A DNA stretch of 64,000 nucleotides from Lingula anatina (taxonomy: Eukaryota; Animalia; Brachiopoda): assembly GCA_051362555.1 (NCBI GenBank), contig CM120643.1:1550001-1614000 (forward strand). Direction: 5' to 3'. Both the position numbers and the translations under genes were made by a program. This document shows positions 1 through 14,400 of the stretch, piece after piece. The notes under the pieces were generated by a model. The model was not told the origin of the DNA, made no database searches, and saw only the letters and a list, made by a program, of their open reading frames with translations. Positions within the stretch are counted from its first letter, which is position 1, and each line of letters opens with the position of its first letter.

Positions 1-3000
1 GTCATAAACTAAATAGATATGCGTATCAAAATCACGTGAGGTTGTGCTTTTCATGTACGTGACACGTGTAACGTAGAGAGGGTAAGACTGTCACAGAACA
101 CTTACCCTGAGTGTCAGAGCCACTGTGAAGCTAGATTGTTAACTATTGATACGTTTTGACCCGATAGCTTTAGAGTGGCTCTGAGAAACAGCGACCATGT
201 TCAACTTCCGTCAATCAAATGAACTGCTCCGCAGTGAATCTGCAGCTGAATGTCATTAAGCCAAAATGAAACGTAAAACAGATTTAATTCCGCTTTATTT
301 AATTTTATTTACTGTATTTAAAATGCAAAGTGAAAAAATAAATAATATTCTTCGAAAAGAAAATATATATATCCAATGTGGATCCAGGCGGACACAGCTG
401 TGACGTGTGACTTCCAAATATGGAAATATGGATTGTCGGTATTTGCTAGAGCCTAGTATTGCTGATATGGGTAATATACGAAATCAATCTAGAACCTAGG
501 GTAAGAACACTTAGCACAGTTTTCCAATGCACCTCGTCATATTTGTCCTGTTGTGGCACATTTTCTGTTTAACACCGGGATGTTCCATTCGTTGATCTGC
601 ATATATTATTTTCCGAGATACTTGATAACTTTGTGAAGTGCCACGATGCACTGAGGACAAGCCGACTGGTACAATGTATCTGTTTGCTCTAGGACCCGCC
701 CTCTACATAGCCTCGTTGAGCTACGTAAACCCCGCGACCACCGTGGTTTGCATACGTTGGTGTCCAATAATTATGCCAGCGATTAATAATTAACCATAAT
801 AAAAGGACATATTAAAAACAAATCATCTCATTGTCTTCTTGGTAGCATGTAATGCCACGGACGGCTAACACAACCCTACCTCTTTCCTACCCTCTAGCAG
901 GGCGATATATTGTTTTTTTCATAGTCATTCTCTAGATAAATAGACAGTCATTTTGGTCTGGGTCTGGTTTTTCCGTTTTCCCCTATATAATCTGCCACCC
1001 TGATAGGGGATACCTCTTTCCCCTTACTATGTGATATTAATTTGGACCTTACCCCTTCACCGCGATAACCCGGTCCTGATATAACTGGTCGCACACATAG
1101 CTGTTGTAATTAGAGTCAACAGACTTCAGGGACATATCATCATGAAGCTGTCCCTTGTGGCATAAGTTTTACTTTTGTAAGGGTAATTATCCGAATTATT
1201 TCTTATCGTTTATAAGATCTTCCTAAAATCGTGTTTTGTCGTTTATAAGATCATCCTAAAATCACCATTTTTTCTTTTAATTATTTTATTTAACTCTAGG
1301 TTATTTAATTCATTTTAATATTTAAGTGATCTTTAAATTTAAGGAGTATTTTTATTTGATAAAAAAATGAGCAGATGCGGTATGTTAGTGTTGTTGTTCT
1401 CTCTCTCCCCCCCCCCCTTTTTTTTCGGGGGGGGGGGGGGGGGGGAGGGGTTCTCCTAAAACAGTCTCAATCTCTCTGGACTTCCAACTATCTCTTTCCT
1501 GGGAGATAAGAATTTTAAATTATTGAATATTTGTTAAATCCTGAAACATTTATAAAAGTGTTCAATGATATAATATTTGTTGTTGTAGCTTGTGTTGACT
1601 GGGTTTCTCGCGGCGGTTGATGTCAGTCATTATATTCCAGTATCATCCCAGGCCAGTTTGAGGATCAAGGTTGACACTGGTTCAGTGAGGTACTTCTCCA
1701 GCGCAGTGCCCAAGGAAGGGATAACCATCACGGTGAGTGGAAAACTGCTCAGATTTTTACACATTCTCCAAGCTTTTCACGGGCAATATTTGTATTATAG
1801 ACTTTCTTTGAGGTGTCTTCTCTATTAATGTCGGGTAAAACTGAATATAGGCTGCATTTTTATAACTATTTGAAACTTCTTTTAATTCGATTCATTGTTT
1901 GGTATGTGGACGGCAGGGTCAGAATATTACGATATCAGTTGTTGATAGAATATCAGTCTTAGTTCAAGGTTGGAGGCTTCATAAGGGCAGTAATGGAAAA
2001 ATGGCTTAGGAAGAAGGCATTCATGTTAAGAAATAAGTTTACACAGGGCGCTTCATACCAAACAGAAAAGGCGAAAAAATCAATTTTACGAAGCGTTTCT
2101 CGTAAATGATTGCCCCACCTATTTCTTTAACAAGAGCCAATGTTTTGTGGAAAACACGTCTACAGAAGGTAAAATGAATTCAGATTTTGGCATGTCTTTA
2201 ACTTAAAATCTCTTTATCCCAATCCCTCCCCGAATTTGTGGAATTTTTTCAATGGCATCCAGTCAATAAGTTTGAGGTTGTTCCCACTGGCCTTGAATTC
2301 TTAGGCATTCTCAGTTTTACTGTTTCTGTGGCTCCATCGACTGGGAGATGACGTCATTTTGCTGCCAATACACTAGTTATTGCAGCCCTGCGTACCTGTA
2401 TCAATTTACTAAGCACCCATCGAGGCAAAAAAGTATCTTACGAAACGTTTGTCGTAGCTCTTGATGTATTTACAACTAAACGTCAAATATTGTATGCTAA
2501 TGGCTAACCCCAGTAATGTGATAAACAGCTGATAAACCGACCTTATTTAATGCGCACAAAACGCTAGATAAGAACGTGCCACCTGACCTTAGTACGGCAA
2601 CAGGCACCCAAAGACAAGAATGACAGCAACAACGGGATTTTTTTTCAAATTTCAAGACAAAAATAGAATAACGTTTTCACTTATTCATTTGTTCATTGAC
2701 ACACCGCATGTTGCTAAAATTAAAGAATAAAATTAGGATATTTAGAATTGAATTATTATCATAGTTAAGCTATACTAATATGCGTATCGTAATCACGTGA
2801 CAATACGCTTGACGTGTAGTTATTTGGTTAAAGGTGGAGAAAACGAGGGATTTCATCAGCGTACTAATTTCTAGTTACTCAACAGGTGAATTTCAGCTTT
2901 AAACAAAAGTACATGCACATGTACACAGAATATTGTTTTATTATTTTGTATTATTCTGTTATAACACTGTGTTAGCGGTAAGTGGTACAACTTAGACAGA

Positions 3001-6000
3001 CGGCGATCAATATATGATAGAAAATATATTTAACAGTTACAGATTTAAAGGTACATGCACTCCATGAGATTTAACCACCAAAATGTACTTTCCTGGGAAA
3101 TAAGCAATTTTCTCGAGGATATAAATTCGGATAGATAAAGGAATGAAAAGGCCTATATGAACAGGAAGCATTTGGTGTATACGTTAGATAAGGCATATTT
3201 TTGGCGTCGACTTCCGCTTTTGTTTCACAGCTGTTTTGACGCGCCTTATATAGACGTACAGGTACTGTATCGACGTACTGACCGCGTACGTCATTTTAGC
3301 CTCCTGTCCCCCCCTTCTTTCTTTTTCCTCCTTCTTTCTTTTCTGTTCTGCTACCTTCTTTCCATTGCCCTTTGGAGGCATATTAGAAGCTGGAATGAGC
3401 ACATTTTTGAAATGTTGTCCACGAGGCGCAAGCTAGGGTGAACATTTGTCGAGACATGAGCGTGCATGGTCAGCAAGCCTTTTATACTCCTGGCGTGGGG
3501 GCGACGCACCTCTGCCGTGCTTTCGACTATGATCGTTAGCGATGCTGGCGTGCGTCGTACTCAACGCGCAAAGGACACGTGCTCTTTCATTGTTTACGAC
3601 GTGCATCTTGGACCACGCACGACTCACTTGCATACTTCTCGCGAACTCCTTGCGAGTGGAGCAAGTTACGTTTGCGTCTTTGCTGTTCGCGGATTATTCG
3701 TAGAATCTTTTGGACATGTCCAACATCCCAACATCCTCCGTACGTGCTTACGGGCTGTCCGCGAACTCCAAATTTCGCAAGAAGAACGTGAGTTTCTGCG
3801 CAAAATTTGGACGCAAACAAGTCGTTACACCCCCGTCACACAAGAGGTAGAATGAGCAAGAATGCCGCCGGAAAGACAATATTTTGTTCATTCCTGGGTA
3901 TTCAAAGAGCATTCTATAAATTCTGAGTGCATTTTTAATATTTTTTCATTCTTGTGGTCGGCCCGAATGTTAAAAACTTCCCAAGTGTATTCCAATGGCA
4001 TTTGGATTGTATTCTAACTACATTATGACTCCATTTTAAATATTCTCACGGCATTCTTTTCAGTTAGAAGATTTGGCTCCCTGAAATGAAGTGTATTGGC
4101 AGTTGTTATTATAAAAATATTGTTGGCATATGATCTGTGATACTTTCAGCACTGTGTACAATGAAAAAAAGCACAGTCTTGATCTATCGGTTAATGTAGA
4201 TAAAAATGAAACTAATTGTTTACAACTGCAACTTTTAATAAAAATGAATCTCTAGATTGTTCTTTAATTGATCTATAACATTATATTTCAATTCGCTGCG
4301 ATTAAAATACATACACTCCAAACATCAAGACTCATCAAGACTCATCTTGGTGGAATCTTGCATTGCTGTAGGCAAATACACAGCCCGCTAGGGTCTCGTC
4401 CCACCTTTTTGGGTCGTCGTATGACTTTGCCATAATATTTTGAATGGTCTGGTTAAATCTTTCTGTGTTTGAAGAGCAATAAAAAAGAGCATCATCAATG
4501 CCGATAGAAATCAGTATTAGAACTTGAGGTACTATAAGGTGTAAACTTTATAAAGTAATAGAAAAACACTGTAAAGATGTTTATAAAAAAGAGAATTAGA
4601 AAAAAATATGTAACATTTACTGCTTTTGCGTTAAAATTTGGAACTGGCACTTACACTGTACTTTCGTTAGGGGTGAACTGCGGTGTATGTGGAGAGCTGC
4701 CTGCGTGTTGCGCTAGCTCGTTTTCAATCTGCTGGGGATCGAGAAAGTCAACTTGAGTCGCTCCAGGTCCAACGTAGACCAGAAGTATAGCTACGGCCAG
4801 GGAAATAAGGTGTCGATCCATGATGTCGATGAGCAGATATCTCAGCTGTCGTCGGTGTGGGGTCTTTTATAGTTCTCAAGTTCATTTAATTTTTACTGAG
4901 GTTGAATAAAAGCTACCAATAGGCGTGCAGATGAATATTAATGTTGATGTCATGGAATATTTTGATTGATTTCCACACGTATCTCTATATTGTAACTTTT
5001 CCTTTAGTTTTAATTCCTGGAAAAGAGTTCACATTTTTATTTTTAAATCGTTCATTTGTATCCAATCAGAAGTCGAATCATCTTAAAGATATGATAGTCG
5101 ATAAAGTACAAGACATGAAAGACAGCATAATTAATTGAAGGGAATGCCTTGAATCAAGGAATCCTATGGCTGATGGACTTTTTTGCCTGACAACAAAAAC
5201 ATCAACAAGTTCAGTCAGATTATGGAATAAAAAAGCAATTCTTTTTAGAAGCTAATGATAACAGAACCATATTTCCACTGACGTAAAAATTCTACAGTCG
5301 CCCTCGGCCTCCCTCTGCTCTATGGCAATGGTAAGGGTGGATAGAATAATGTCGTGATATTGCACACGTCATCAATAGGGCTAAACTAAATGAACGTATA
5401 AAATGGTTCAGTCGGCGCATGCGTAATGCGGTTGTCAGTGATGAAGTTTTCGTCTTCCCACAAACTTTGAGCGAGGGTAACAGCTGGTGAAATCAAAACA
5501 ACACCTACTACAGAGAAGAATTTCATCAAGAATAAAATATTTCATAAGAATAAAGAAATTTTTCTTCAGTCAACAGCTTAATATTGAAATAGTCTTTACC
5601 TCCAATGTTTCGATGTCTAGCAGAACATCTCCATCAGCGATATTCACCTAGATAGCCTCATTTTCTCCAGGTGCCCTATAGTTATCCACCCTGGACACGG
5701 GCAGTTAATCTCATGCTATACCTGATGGTCACTGTATATAACTGAAAAGCTAAAGAGAATTAACTTGGATTGACGTAAACCAGTTATTAAAACAATGTAA
5801 AAATAACATCCAGTTTTTATTGAATTATTTAATGAAAACAGCATACAATTGGACTGTAACACGTAATGACATTGGCTTGCAGTGGTCAAATGTGACAGAA
5901 TGTCAATGATGTATCAGGTCGATCGATATTTATGCAGTGATATTCATAATTGCTCTGAATGCTGTAATCGTTCCTAACAATTTACATGACGGGAATAAAC

Positions 6001-7966
6001 CAACCAACCAAAAGTCACAGTGTTAAATTGCGAAAGAGGGCCCCGGATCTAACCCTGGATACCAGATAATTAAGGGTCCGCTCATCATTAATATATCGCC
6101 CAGTCTACTGTGCAACAATTCCAAGGGGACTCTCGCTGAATGCAATCAGATTGACAGATTGAAGCGTCTCCTCTTGGCGTTGAATAGAATAGAGAAAAAA
6201 TATATATATTCACTGACATATACAATGATTTGAGGTAAGCATTTGATAATGATTCATTTAATTTTTTTCAAGTTCAGTGTGATTAAGAACACTGTAAATG
6301 ATAAGAAGTAGCTACAAAGTAAATTGAGTCGCAGTTTTAAATTCAACTCACATTTTCCTTTCAAAAATTGTTCAAGTAGAATACTACCGGTACAACACTG
6401 TTCTCAAACGGTACGAGCATGTGACAAAATCAAGCTGTCTTGCAAAGATAATGTACCAAGGCACGGTTAAATGTGTGAAGTGTTAGGGCACACATAATGC
6501 ATGAGCTTATCCGAGAGTCGGGTGTTGGTAAACAACACAACAATGGGGAAAAGAATGGAAAAGCCTCCATGATTCTTAACTTAAATTAAGAGACAGAGGG
6601 AGATAAAATTAGAGAAAAAGAGACTGCCTACAACATCACGCCGATACACTGTTACAGGTAAACTTCTTCCTTACCACAAACAGGTTAGCATAGAAACAGG
6701 TAGCTATATGTCTTAATACAGAACACGATGCTGATCTTTTAGATTTCAAATACATTATTTATTGTAATAATATTGAGAGGAAATATACATTAATTGGATG
6801 GAAATGATGAAGTAATTGTCAAAATTATATAAGAATAAAGAGGTGGTGGCGAGTGTGCTGGTAGAAGGCAGGAGTAGAAAAAGGTTGGATAGGTCTGTTC
6901 ATAGTACTACATGTGTATCTTCATGTTATATTATATACAACAAATTATATGAAAACTAACAGTCGAGATTTAAGAGGCAAATTATAATTCAACCCATTAT
7001 AGAAAATTAAAAACATGTCTATCGGGAGTGTGACTGAATCAAATGTAGGGAAAATTATTGAATTATTTATGCACTCAGTGTTTTATGTTCAAACTATGCA
7101 GGCAGATAAAAGATTTGCTGCCTACTCACTTCATTACTTCTGGTATCGAATGCGTTATATTGAGAGAAAATGAGATGGGAATGATAAATAAAGTTAGCAA
7201 AACTTTTGTGGGAATAAATAGGCTGATATGGGTGTAGAAACCCTGAGCAGAAAAAGGTCGAATAGGTGTGTTCATAGTACTTCATGATATATTATAAACA
7301 AGAAATTATATGAAAACTAACACAGGCGATTTATGAGGCATATTATATAATTGAAACGAGTGCCCATTAAAGGGTTGAAATACTGAAAATTAAAAACATG
7401 TTTTTCTGGAGTATGTCCCTATATCATATTATAAAACATCATAATTCTCTTGTAATTTGTTTCATAAGTAAGTAAAGGTGAACAGAATTATTTTAATAAA
7501 ATAATCAATTATTTCCCAAAATACAGCGTCTCATTGGCAAAATTTCATAAAATTCACCCAGAAATAAGATCAAGAAATGAGACCAAACGAAGGAAAGATT
7601 GTTTAATTATTTATGCACTGAGCTTTTTATGGTCTAACTATACAGGCAAATAGAATTTTGCTGCATACTCACTTTATTACTGCTGGCGTCGTTAAGTAAT
7701 ATTGAGACAGAATATACATTTATGAAATAGAAATGATAAAGAAAGCAATTTTTTTTTAGAATAAAGAGGGTGCAAAAACCCTGAGCAGAATCAGACTGAA
7801 TTGGGACCTTCAATGCATTACGTGTGTATCTTCATGTCATAAGTGGGAATAGATCACTGATGACAGGGACGTCTGACAAAACTCTGACTGTAGTTACATA
7901 TTGATTTTTCTATGACAAATAACCACACTCCCCAAAACCTACAATACGAAAGATAATGACTAACGG

Positions 7967-8234
7967 CAGGGGTGAATCGGGGAGGGGGGGCTCCGCGGGT
8001 GCGAAGCTGAACCCCACCCCCACCCTTATATGCGTAGGGTTTGAGATCCGGCGAAGGGACCCAAAAATAATAAGTATTTTAGAGGACGAACAGTGCCATA
8101 AGGATGGCTTAGAGCTATGATTCAGCTAGTCAAAGGTCCAATTTCAAGAGTTTACTATTGGCGTGATTTTTTTTTCAGAAATATAAAGAGGAGGTCAAGA
8201 CCCCCCCCCCCCGCCCTGATTTAATCTCCCACTG
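7967..8234. mobile_element. ~280-bp MITE (CAGGGG../..CCACTG termini, 5-bp TSD AACGG)
   Basis: Same insertion as 10502-10781 and 19201-19474, amplified with the block. Confidence 0.7.
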
Positions 8235-8318
8235 AACGGTATGTTAAAAATAAAGGGTTAGTTCGAGGAGAAAATATGTTCATAGTTATTTGTGGTCAGT
8301 GACTCGTCTTAAGACCTA

Positions 8319-8601
8319 CCCGCAAGAAAAAGCAGTAGTATCGAAGTAGCAAAGAAGCATTATCGCAGTAGTGGTGTGGAGCATATTTGCAGTAGAAATA
8401 CAGTATAGCCTACTGTAATTTTACTCCATAAAGTATATAGGTTTGTACAGAGAGGTGCATAAATGCAGTAGATTAGCAGCATCATAGAAGCATGTTTCAA
8501 ATATGCTAATTAGCTCCCAAATCGAAGCAGATTCGAGGCATGTTTGCAGTATGATTGCAGTAGTCTACTGCACTGGAGTATCTACTGCGTTTTCGTGCGG
8601 G
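8319..8601. mobile_element. 283-bp MITE (CCCGC termini)
   Basis: TIR cccgcaagaaaaagcagtag / ctactgcgttttcgtgcggg, flanked by CTA on both sides; absent from block copies 2 and 3. Confidence 0.85.
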
Positions 8602-8759
8602 CTAGAGCACTTTTTCTCAAGATTACCAAGAGATACAGTACAAGTGGAAATAAGATACAGCATGTAGAACTGGTAATGTCGAATCATGTTACACCTAGGA
8701 AAAAGAAATATAAACTGGACAGAAAAGAAACATAAACTGATGTTCTAGCATAATACAAC

Positions 8760-11405
8760 AACACTGTTCTCAGACAGTTGGGGCATGTGACAAAATAATG
8801 CTGTCTTGCAAACATAATGCACCAAGGCACGGTTAAATGTGTGAAGTGTTAGGGTACACATAATGCATGAGCTTATCCGAGAGTCGGGTGTTGGTAAACA
8901 ACACAACAATGGGGAAAAGAATGGAAAAGCCTCCATGATTCTTAACTTAAATTAAGAGACAGGGAGAGAAAATTAGAGAAAAAGAGACAGCCTACAACAT
9001 CACGCCGATACACTGTTACAGGTAAACTTATTCCTTACCACAAACAGGTTAGCATAGAAACAGGTAGCTATATGTCTTAATACAGAACACGACGCTGATC
9101 TTTTAGATTTCAAATACATTATTTATTGTAATAATATTGAGAGGAAATATACATTCATTGGATGGAAATGATGAAGAAATTGTCAAAATTATTTAAGAAT
9201 AAAGAGGTGGTGGCGAGTTTACTGCTAGAAAGCCGGAGTAGAAACCGGTTGGATAGGTCTGTTGATATGTTGATAGTACTACAGGTACATGTGTATCTTC
9301 ATGTTATATTATATACACCAAAGTATACAAAAACTAACTGTCGAGATTTAAGAGGCAAATTATATAATTCAACCCATTATAGAAAATTAAAAACATGTGT
9401 ATCGGGAGTGTGACTATACATCTCATTGTAAAATGTCATTAATATCTTGCAATTGCTTTCATGAGAAAAAAAAATGTGAACAGAATAACTTCATAAAAAT
9501 GATCATTTATTTCCCAAAAATCAGCGTCTCATTTTCGAGATTGATAAACTTCTATAAAGAAAATCAAAAATAGGGGAAATTGTTGAATTATTTATGCACT
9601 CAGTGTTTTATGTTCTAATTATACAGGCAGATAAAAGATTTGCTGTCTACTCACTTCATTACTTTTGGTGTCGAATGCGTAATAATGAGAGAAAATGAGA
9701 TGAGAATGATAGATAAAGTTAGCAAAACTTTTGTGGGAATAAATAGGCTGACATGAGTGTAGAAACCCTGAGCAGAAAAAGGTCGAATAGGTGTGTTCAT
9801 AGTACTTCATGATATATTATAAACAGAAACTATATGAAAACTAACATATGCGATTTATGAGGCATATTATATAATTGAAATGGGTGCCCATTAAAAGGTT
9901 GAAATACTGAAAATTAAAAACACGTTTTTCTGGAGTATGACCGTTCATCATATTATAAAACATCATAATTCTCTTGCAATTTGTTTTATGAGAAACTACA
10001 AGGTGAAGAGAATTATTTCAATAAAATAATCAATTATTTCCCAAAATACAGTGTCTCATTTGCAAAATTTGATAAAATTCACCTAAAAATAAGATCTAGA
10101 AATAAGACCAAACGTAGGGAAGATTGTTTAATTATTTATGCACTGAGTGTTTTTATGTTCAAACTATACAGGCAAATAGAATTTTGCTGCCTACTCACTT
10201 CATTACTACTGGCGGCGAATGCGTAATATTAAGACAGAATATACATTTATGAGAAATAAATAATAAAGAAAGCAAATTTTTTGAGAATAAAGAGGTGACA
10301 GCGAGTGTAGAAACCCTGAGCAGAATCAGATTAAATTGGGACCTTCAATGCATTACGTGTGTATCTTCATGTCATAAGTGGAAGTCGATCACTGATGACA
10401 GGGACGTCTGACAAAACTCTGACTGTAGTTACATATTGATTTTTCTATGACAAATAACCACACTCCGCAAAATCTACAATACGAAAGATATAGACTAACG
10501 GCAGGGGTGGATCCAGGATTGTTTGAATAGGGGGGGGGGGGGGTCTGCGGGTACGAAGCTGAACCCCACCCCCACCCCTATTTGCATAGGGTTTGAGGCC
10601 CGGTGAAGGGCCCCAAAAATAATTAGTATTTTAGAGGACGAACAGTGCCATTTGGATGGTTTAGAGCTATGATTCAGCTACTCAAAAGTCCAATTTCAAG
10701 AGTTTACTATTGGCGTGATTTTTTTTTTCAGAAATGAAAGGAGGAGGTCAAGACCCCCCGCCCCGTCTAAATCTCCCACTGAACGGTATGTTAAAAATAA
10801 AGGGTGAGTTCGAGGAGAAAATATGAAAACTTGAGAACTCGTTGAGAGGCACAGTTATTATTTTTTTCAACAAAAATAAGCTCAAAGTTATTTGTAATCC
10901 AGTATGATTCAGTGACTCGTCTTTAGAACTAAGGCACTTTTTCTCACGATTACCAAGAGATAGAGTACAAAGGGAACTAAGATACAACATGTAGAACTGA
11001 TAATGTGGAATCATGCTACAACTAGGGAAAAAAAATATAAACTGGACAAGCGTCTATTGTTGACAAAATAAAAATCTTTAAAAGAAACTGATTATGAAGG
11101 AGCTAGGATACAAATGAAATATGTAAGCATGTTATATGCTTTGACAAATGCTATTGCTTAATAGAATATAGAAGAAAACTAAACGAGACGCTCTATACAA
11201 TTTAAGCAGGTGCCCATTATAACCGTGAAATAAAGAAAATGAAAAATGTGTTTTTTTTCTGGAGTATGAGCGTTCATCATATCATAAGCTATCATATTTC
11301 ATGAGCAATTTTTGACATTACAAAATTAACAGATTTTCTTTAATAAAAGCAGTCATTTCCAAAATTAGTGTCTCATTTGCAAAATTTGATAATCTTCGTA
11401 AGGCA
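8760..11405 (+). repeat. Non-coding ~3 kb duplicated block, copy 2
   Basis: Near-identical to 17480-20100 over most of its length. Confidence 0.85.
10502..10781. mobile_element. ~280-bp MITE with 5-bp TSD AACGG
   Basis: aacgg|caggggtggatcc...aaatctcccactg|aacgg. Confidence 0.75.
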
Positions 11406-14400
11406 TTAATCCTCAAGAGACCAAGCTATTTTACTGACTGAAATGACCAAGTGGGGTCATCTATGACCCCATTGTGCTCTGTACAGGGATCCTTATTATA
11501 AAAGGCTGTTGAGGCTTTATCACACCCATACTACTCCCAGGATTTAAGACAAGTATTTTATAATGATCTTATGTTATAAGTATTTGGTAATAATACTTTT
11601 ATTGCATGAAATAACCAAGCACAGATTTTAAGAACAACATTACACCGGTATTTAGACGGTCATTGTCAGTTTCCACTTGCAGAAATATTTCTCTTTTTAT
11701 TTGCCACACTAAATGAAAAAAGTAAATTACAAAATTACTTTGAGTAAAAATATTTTGATTTATGTTGAGATAGCATCCTTCTAACTTCAATAAGAATAAT
11801 TAGCTGACTTCCTGAGTAGGGAATACACTAATGCTGGTAAGGAAGTCATACTACTCAGAACACATTCAATCAACCTACATGTATGTTACTACCACAGCTG
11901 TGTATAAAACAAAATCCCCACAAACAATTTGTTAATATATGTATAATATGATATCGACAGAATTATTTAGATTTCAGAAATACCCGAAATTTGTAACTGT
12001 CAAAATGAGAGACCCAGTTATGAGAACAAGTTCCAACAAAGCTACTGAAATTAGATTCAGCGATGCACTATTAGTAACACTTCAAGCACAATCTTCTCAA
12101 ACCACTTATTTGTGCCTATGTTTTAGGCACACTGGCTGGTTGCATGAAGCACATGCATGTGACATTTTCCTGTCAGTGTTGCTTGGGCAAAACATTTGAA
12201 TAAAATTTAAAAACTAATATGTAAAAACCAATGCTTCTTAGTCTATGGGCCAATGTAGACCCCCCTCCCCCCCCCCCCTTAGTGATTTTCGTTCACTATG
12301 TTTTTCTGATAGCTTAGGTCCTAAGCTTTGATTTTCCGCTTGTTTGCCATTAAACTGGTGGTGGGTGTGTGTGCTACAGCCGTTGCCATGGTAACGTCTG
12401 AGATAAAAAAATTGAAATTTCTGATACCAAAAAAATATTAAATTTTTCAAATGTGTTAAGTGAATGGAATTCAAAATCCTTTCAGATGTATAGTTTAAGA
12501 GCTGCACTATACTTTATGATCCTCAAAATATTCCAAGATGGCTGTAAATTCAAGATGGCGGCCAATTTTTGCTAATTTTTGAGTAATTTCAATTATTTTT
12601 CATATTTGAGTTTTTATTCAATAATAAAGGAATAAGAATGTGGGATATGTTTTGATGCGCCGGAATAGCATGCAACCTCTTCTTGCTACCTACAGTGTTT
12701 ATTTTAGATGAAACCTTTTAATTTTGTTGTAAAATCCTGACATCCAAAATGGTGGCCAAAATATGTCTGCTGTTCCAACTGGAAAGATGCCAGATTTATC
12801 ATCAAAGTGTCATTCTTTATTACTTTTAATAAACTGAATTCGAGCTTAGGACTTTTTAAAACAATTTGCATTAGTTCTGATTACATTAAGACTTTCAAAA
12901 TTCAAAATGGCCGCCAATATGCTTATACACACTGGCTAAAATTGATATAATATATTCTTCCAACAGAATATTAATTTAAATTATCTCCCACCAACTTAGT
13001 CCCATTAGCGATTTTTGTTTACTATTATTTTCTTGTAGGTTAGGCCCTTAGCTTTTATTTTTTGTTTGTTTGCCATTAACCTGGTGGTGGGTATGAGTAA
13101 CAGAGCTCTTGCCATGGTAATGTCTGGGGTTGAAAATTGATATTTTTGAGACCAAAAATAAAAATTAAATATTCCAAATGCATTTAAAATCATGGAATTC
13201 ACAATTATACCAGATGTGTAAATTAAGAAGTGTGCTATACTTCACAATCATCAAAATGTCCCAAGATGGCAGCAAATTCAAGATGGCTGCCAATTATTGC
13301 TCATTTTTTAATAATTTTGGGAATTTTATTATATTTGAGTTTTTATTTAATTATTAAGAAATTGCAATGTGTCATGTGTTTTGATGTTCCATAATGGTAA
13401 AAAGCCTCTGCTGTCTGCCTAAAGTGCTTGTTGAAGATGTAACCTTTTAATTTTGACGTAAAATTCTGAAATCCAAGGTGGCTGCCACAAAACATGTCTT
13501 TAACATACGGCTGTCCTAACTGGAAAGATGCCACATTAATCATCCCAAATTACATTCTTTATTACTTTTAGGTGTACTGAATATGGACCTAGGACCCTTT
13601 TCTATAAATTGTGTTAATTCAGATTGCATTATGACATTCGAAATTCAAAATGGCCACCAATTTGCTTACACATGAAATGATATAATACATTATTCCAATA
13701 CAAAAATAAAATTTAATAAACTCAAGCTAGCTCAGCCCTATTAGCAATTTTTTTCACTATGATTTTCTGATAGCTTGGGCCCTAAGTTCAAATATTCTGC
13801 TTGTTTGCCATGTAATAGGTGAAAGGTGTTACAGATTCAGCTGTTGCCATAGTAACACAGGGGTTTTAAAATTATAATTTCTGAGACCTTTAAATTGCCA
13901 TGTATTTCAAATATATGATCTCGCTGTATTGTAAACTTTTTAAAAAAAATTAGACTTGGACCTCAGTTATCAACAAAATTATTTGAAAAAAATTATCGTA
14001 GTTAAATTGCCAAAATGGCAGCCAATCCAAGATGACGATAGATTTATGTTAATTTTCTTCTTATTACTGAAAGTAGCTTTTTGTAAACTTTGAAAGCAGC
14101 ATTGGAATTGAAAAATGTTAGGTTTTTGGATATGCTGATATGAACAGAATTGCATAATTACTGTTTACAGTGATTGTTACTCCTATATCCTCTTTTTTAA
14201 GTGTAATAAAACCTAAAACCCATGGTGGCCATCACAAAACAGGGTTTATACATATTGCTGTGCTGACCGAATATATATTACATTTTCGTTTCAAAATGCC
14301 TCTTGTGCTCTTTCTGATAAACTGAATTAACCTATTAGGATATTATCTAAATATAAATCATTTCTATTCATTTTCAGCCAAATTATATTTACTTGGCTAT

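Larger units (their letters stand above)
5965..8745 (+). repeat. Non-coding ~3 kb duplicated block, copy 1
   Basis: Collinear with 8760-11405 and 17030-20100; the track's repeated spurious ORFs (MKYYEHTYST.., MEMMKKLSK..) reflect this. Confidence 0.85.

Noticed and set aside
1406-1446. C-run/T-run/G-run hairpin resembling a terminator
   Set aside because: Adjacent homopolymer tracts are common throughout this window; no functional context.
1589-1732. Two in-frame TGA codons read as selenocysteine in the phase-1 frame
   Set aside because: No selenoprotein motif, and no SECIS that I can identify.
3157-3855. Cluster of overlapping ORFs (up to 129 aa) in a GC/CpG-rich patch
   Set aside because: No recognisable domain or splice structure; motifs such as tttggacatgtccaa and acacccccgtcaca look like a degenerate DNA-transposon/MITE fragment.
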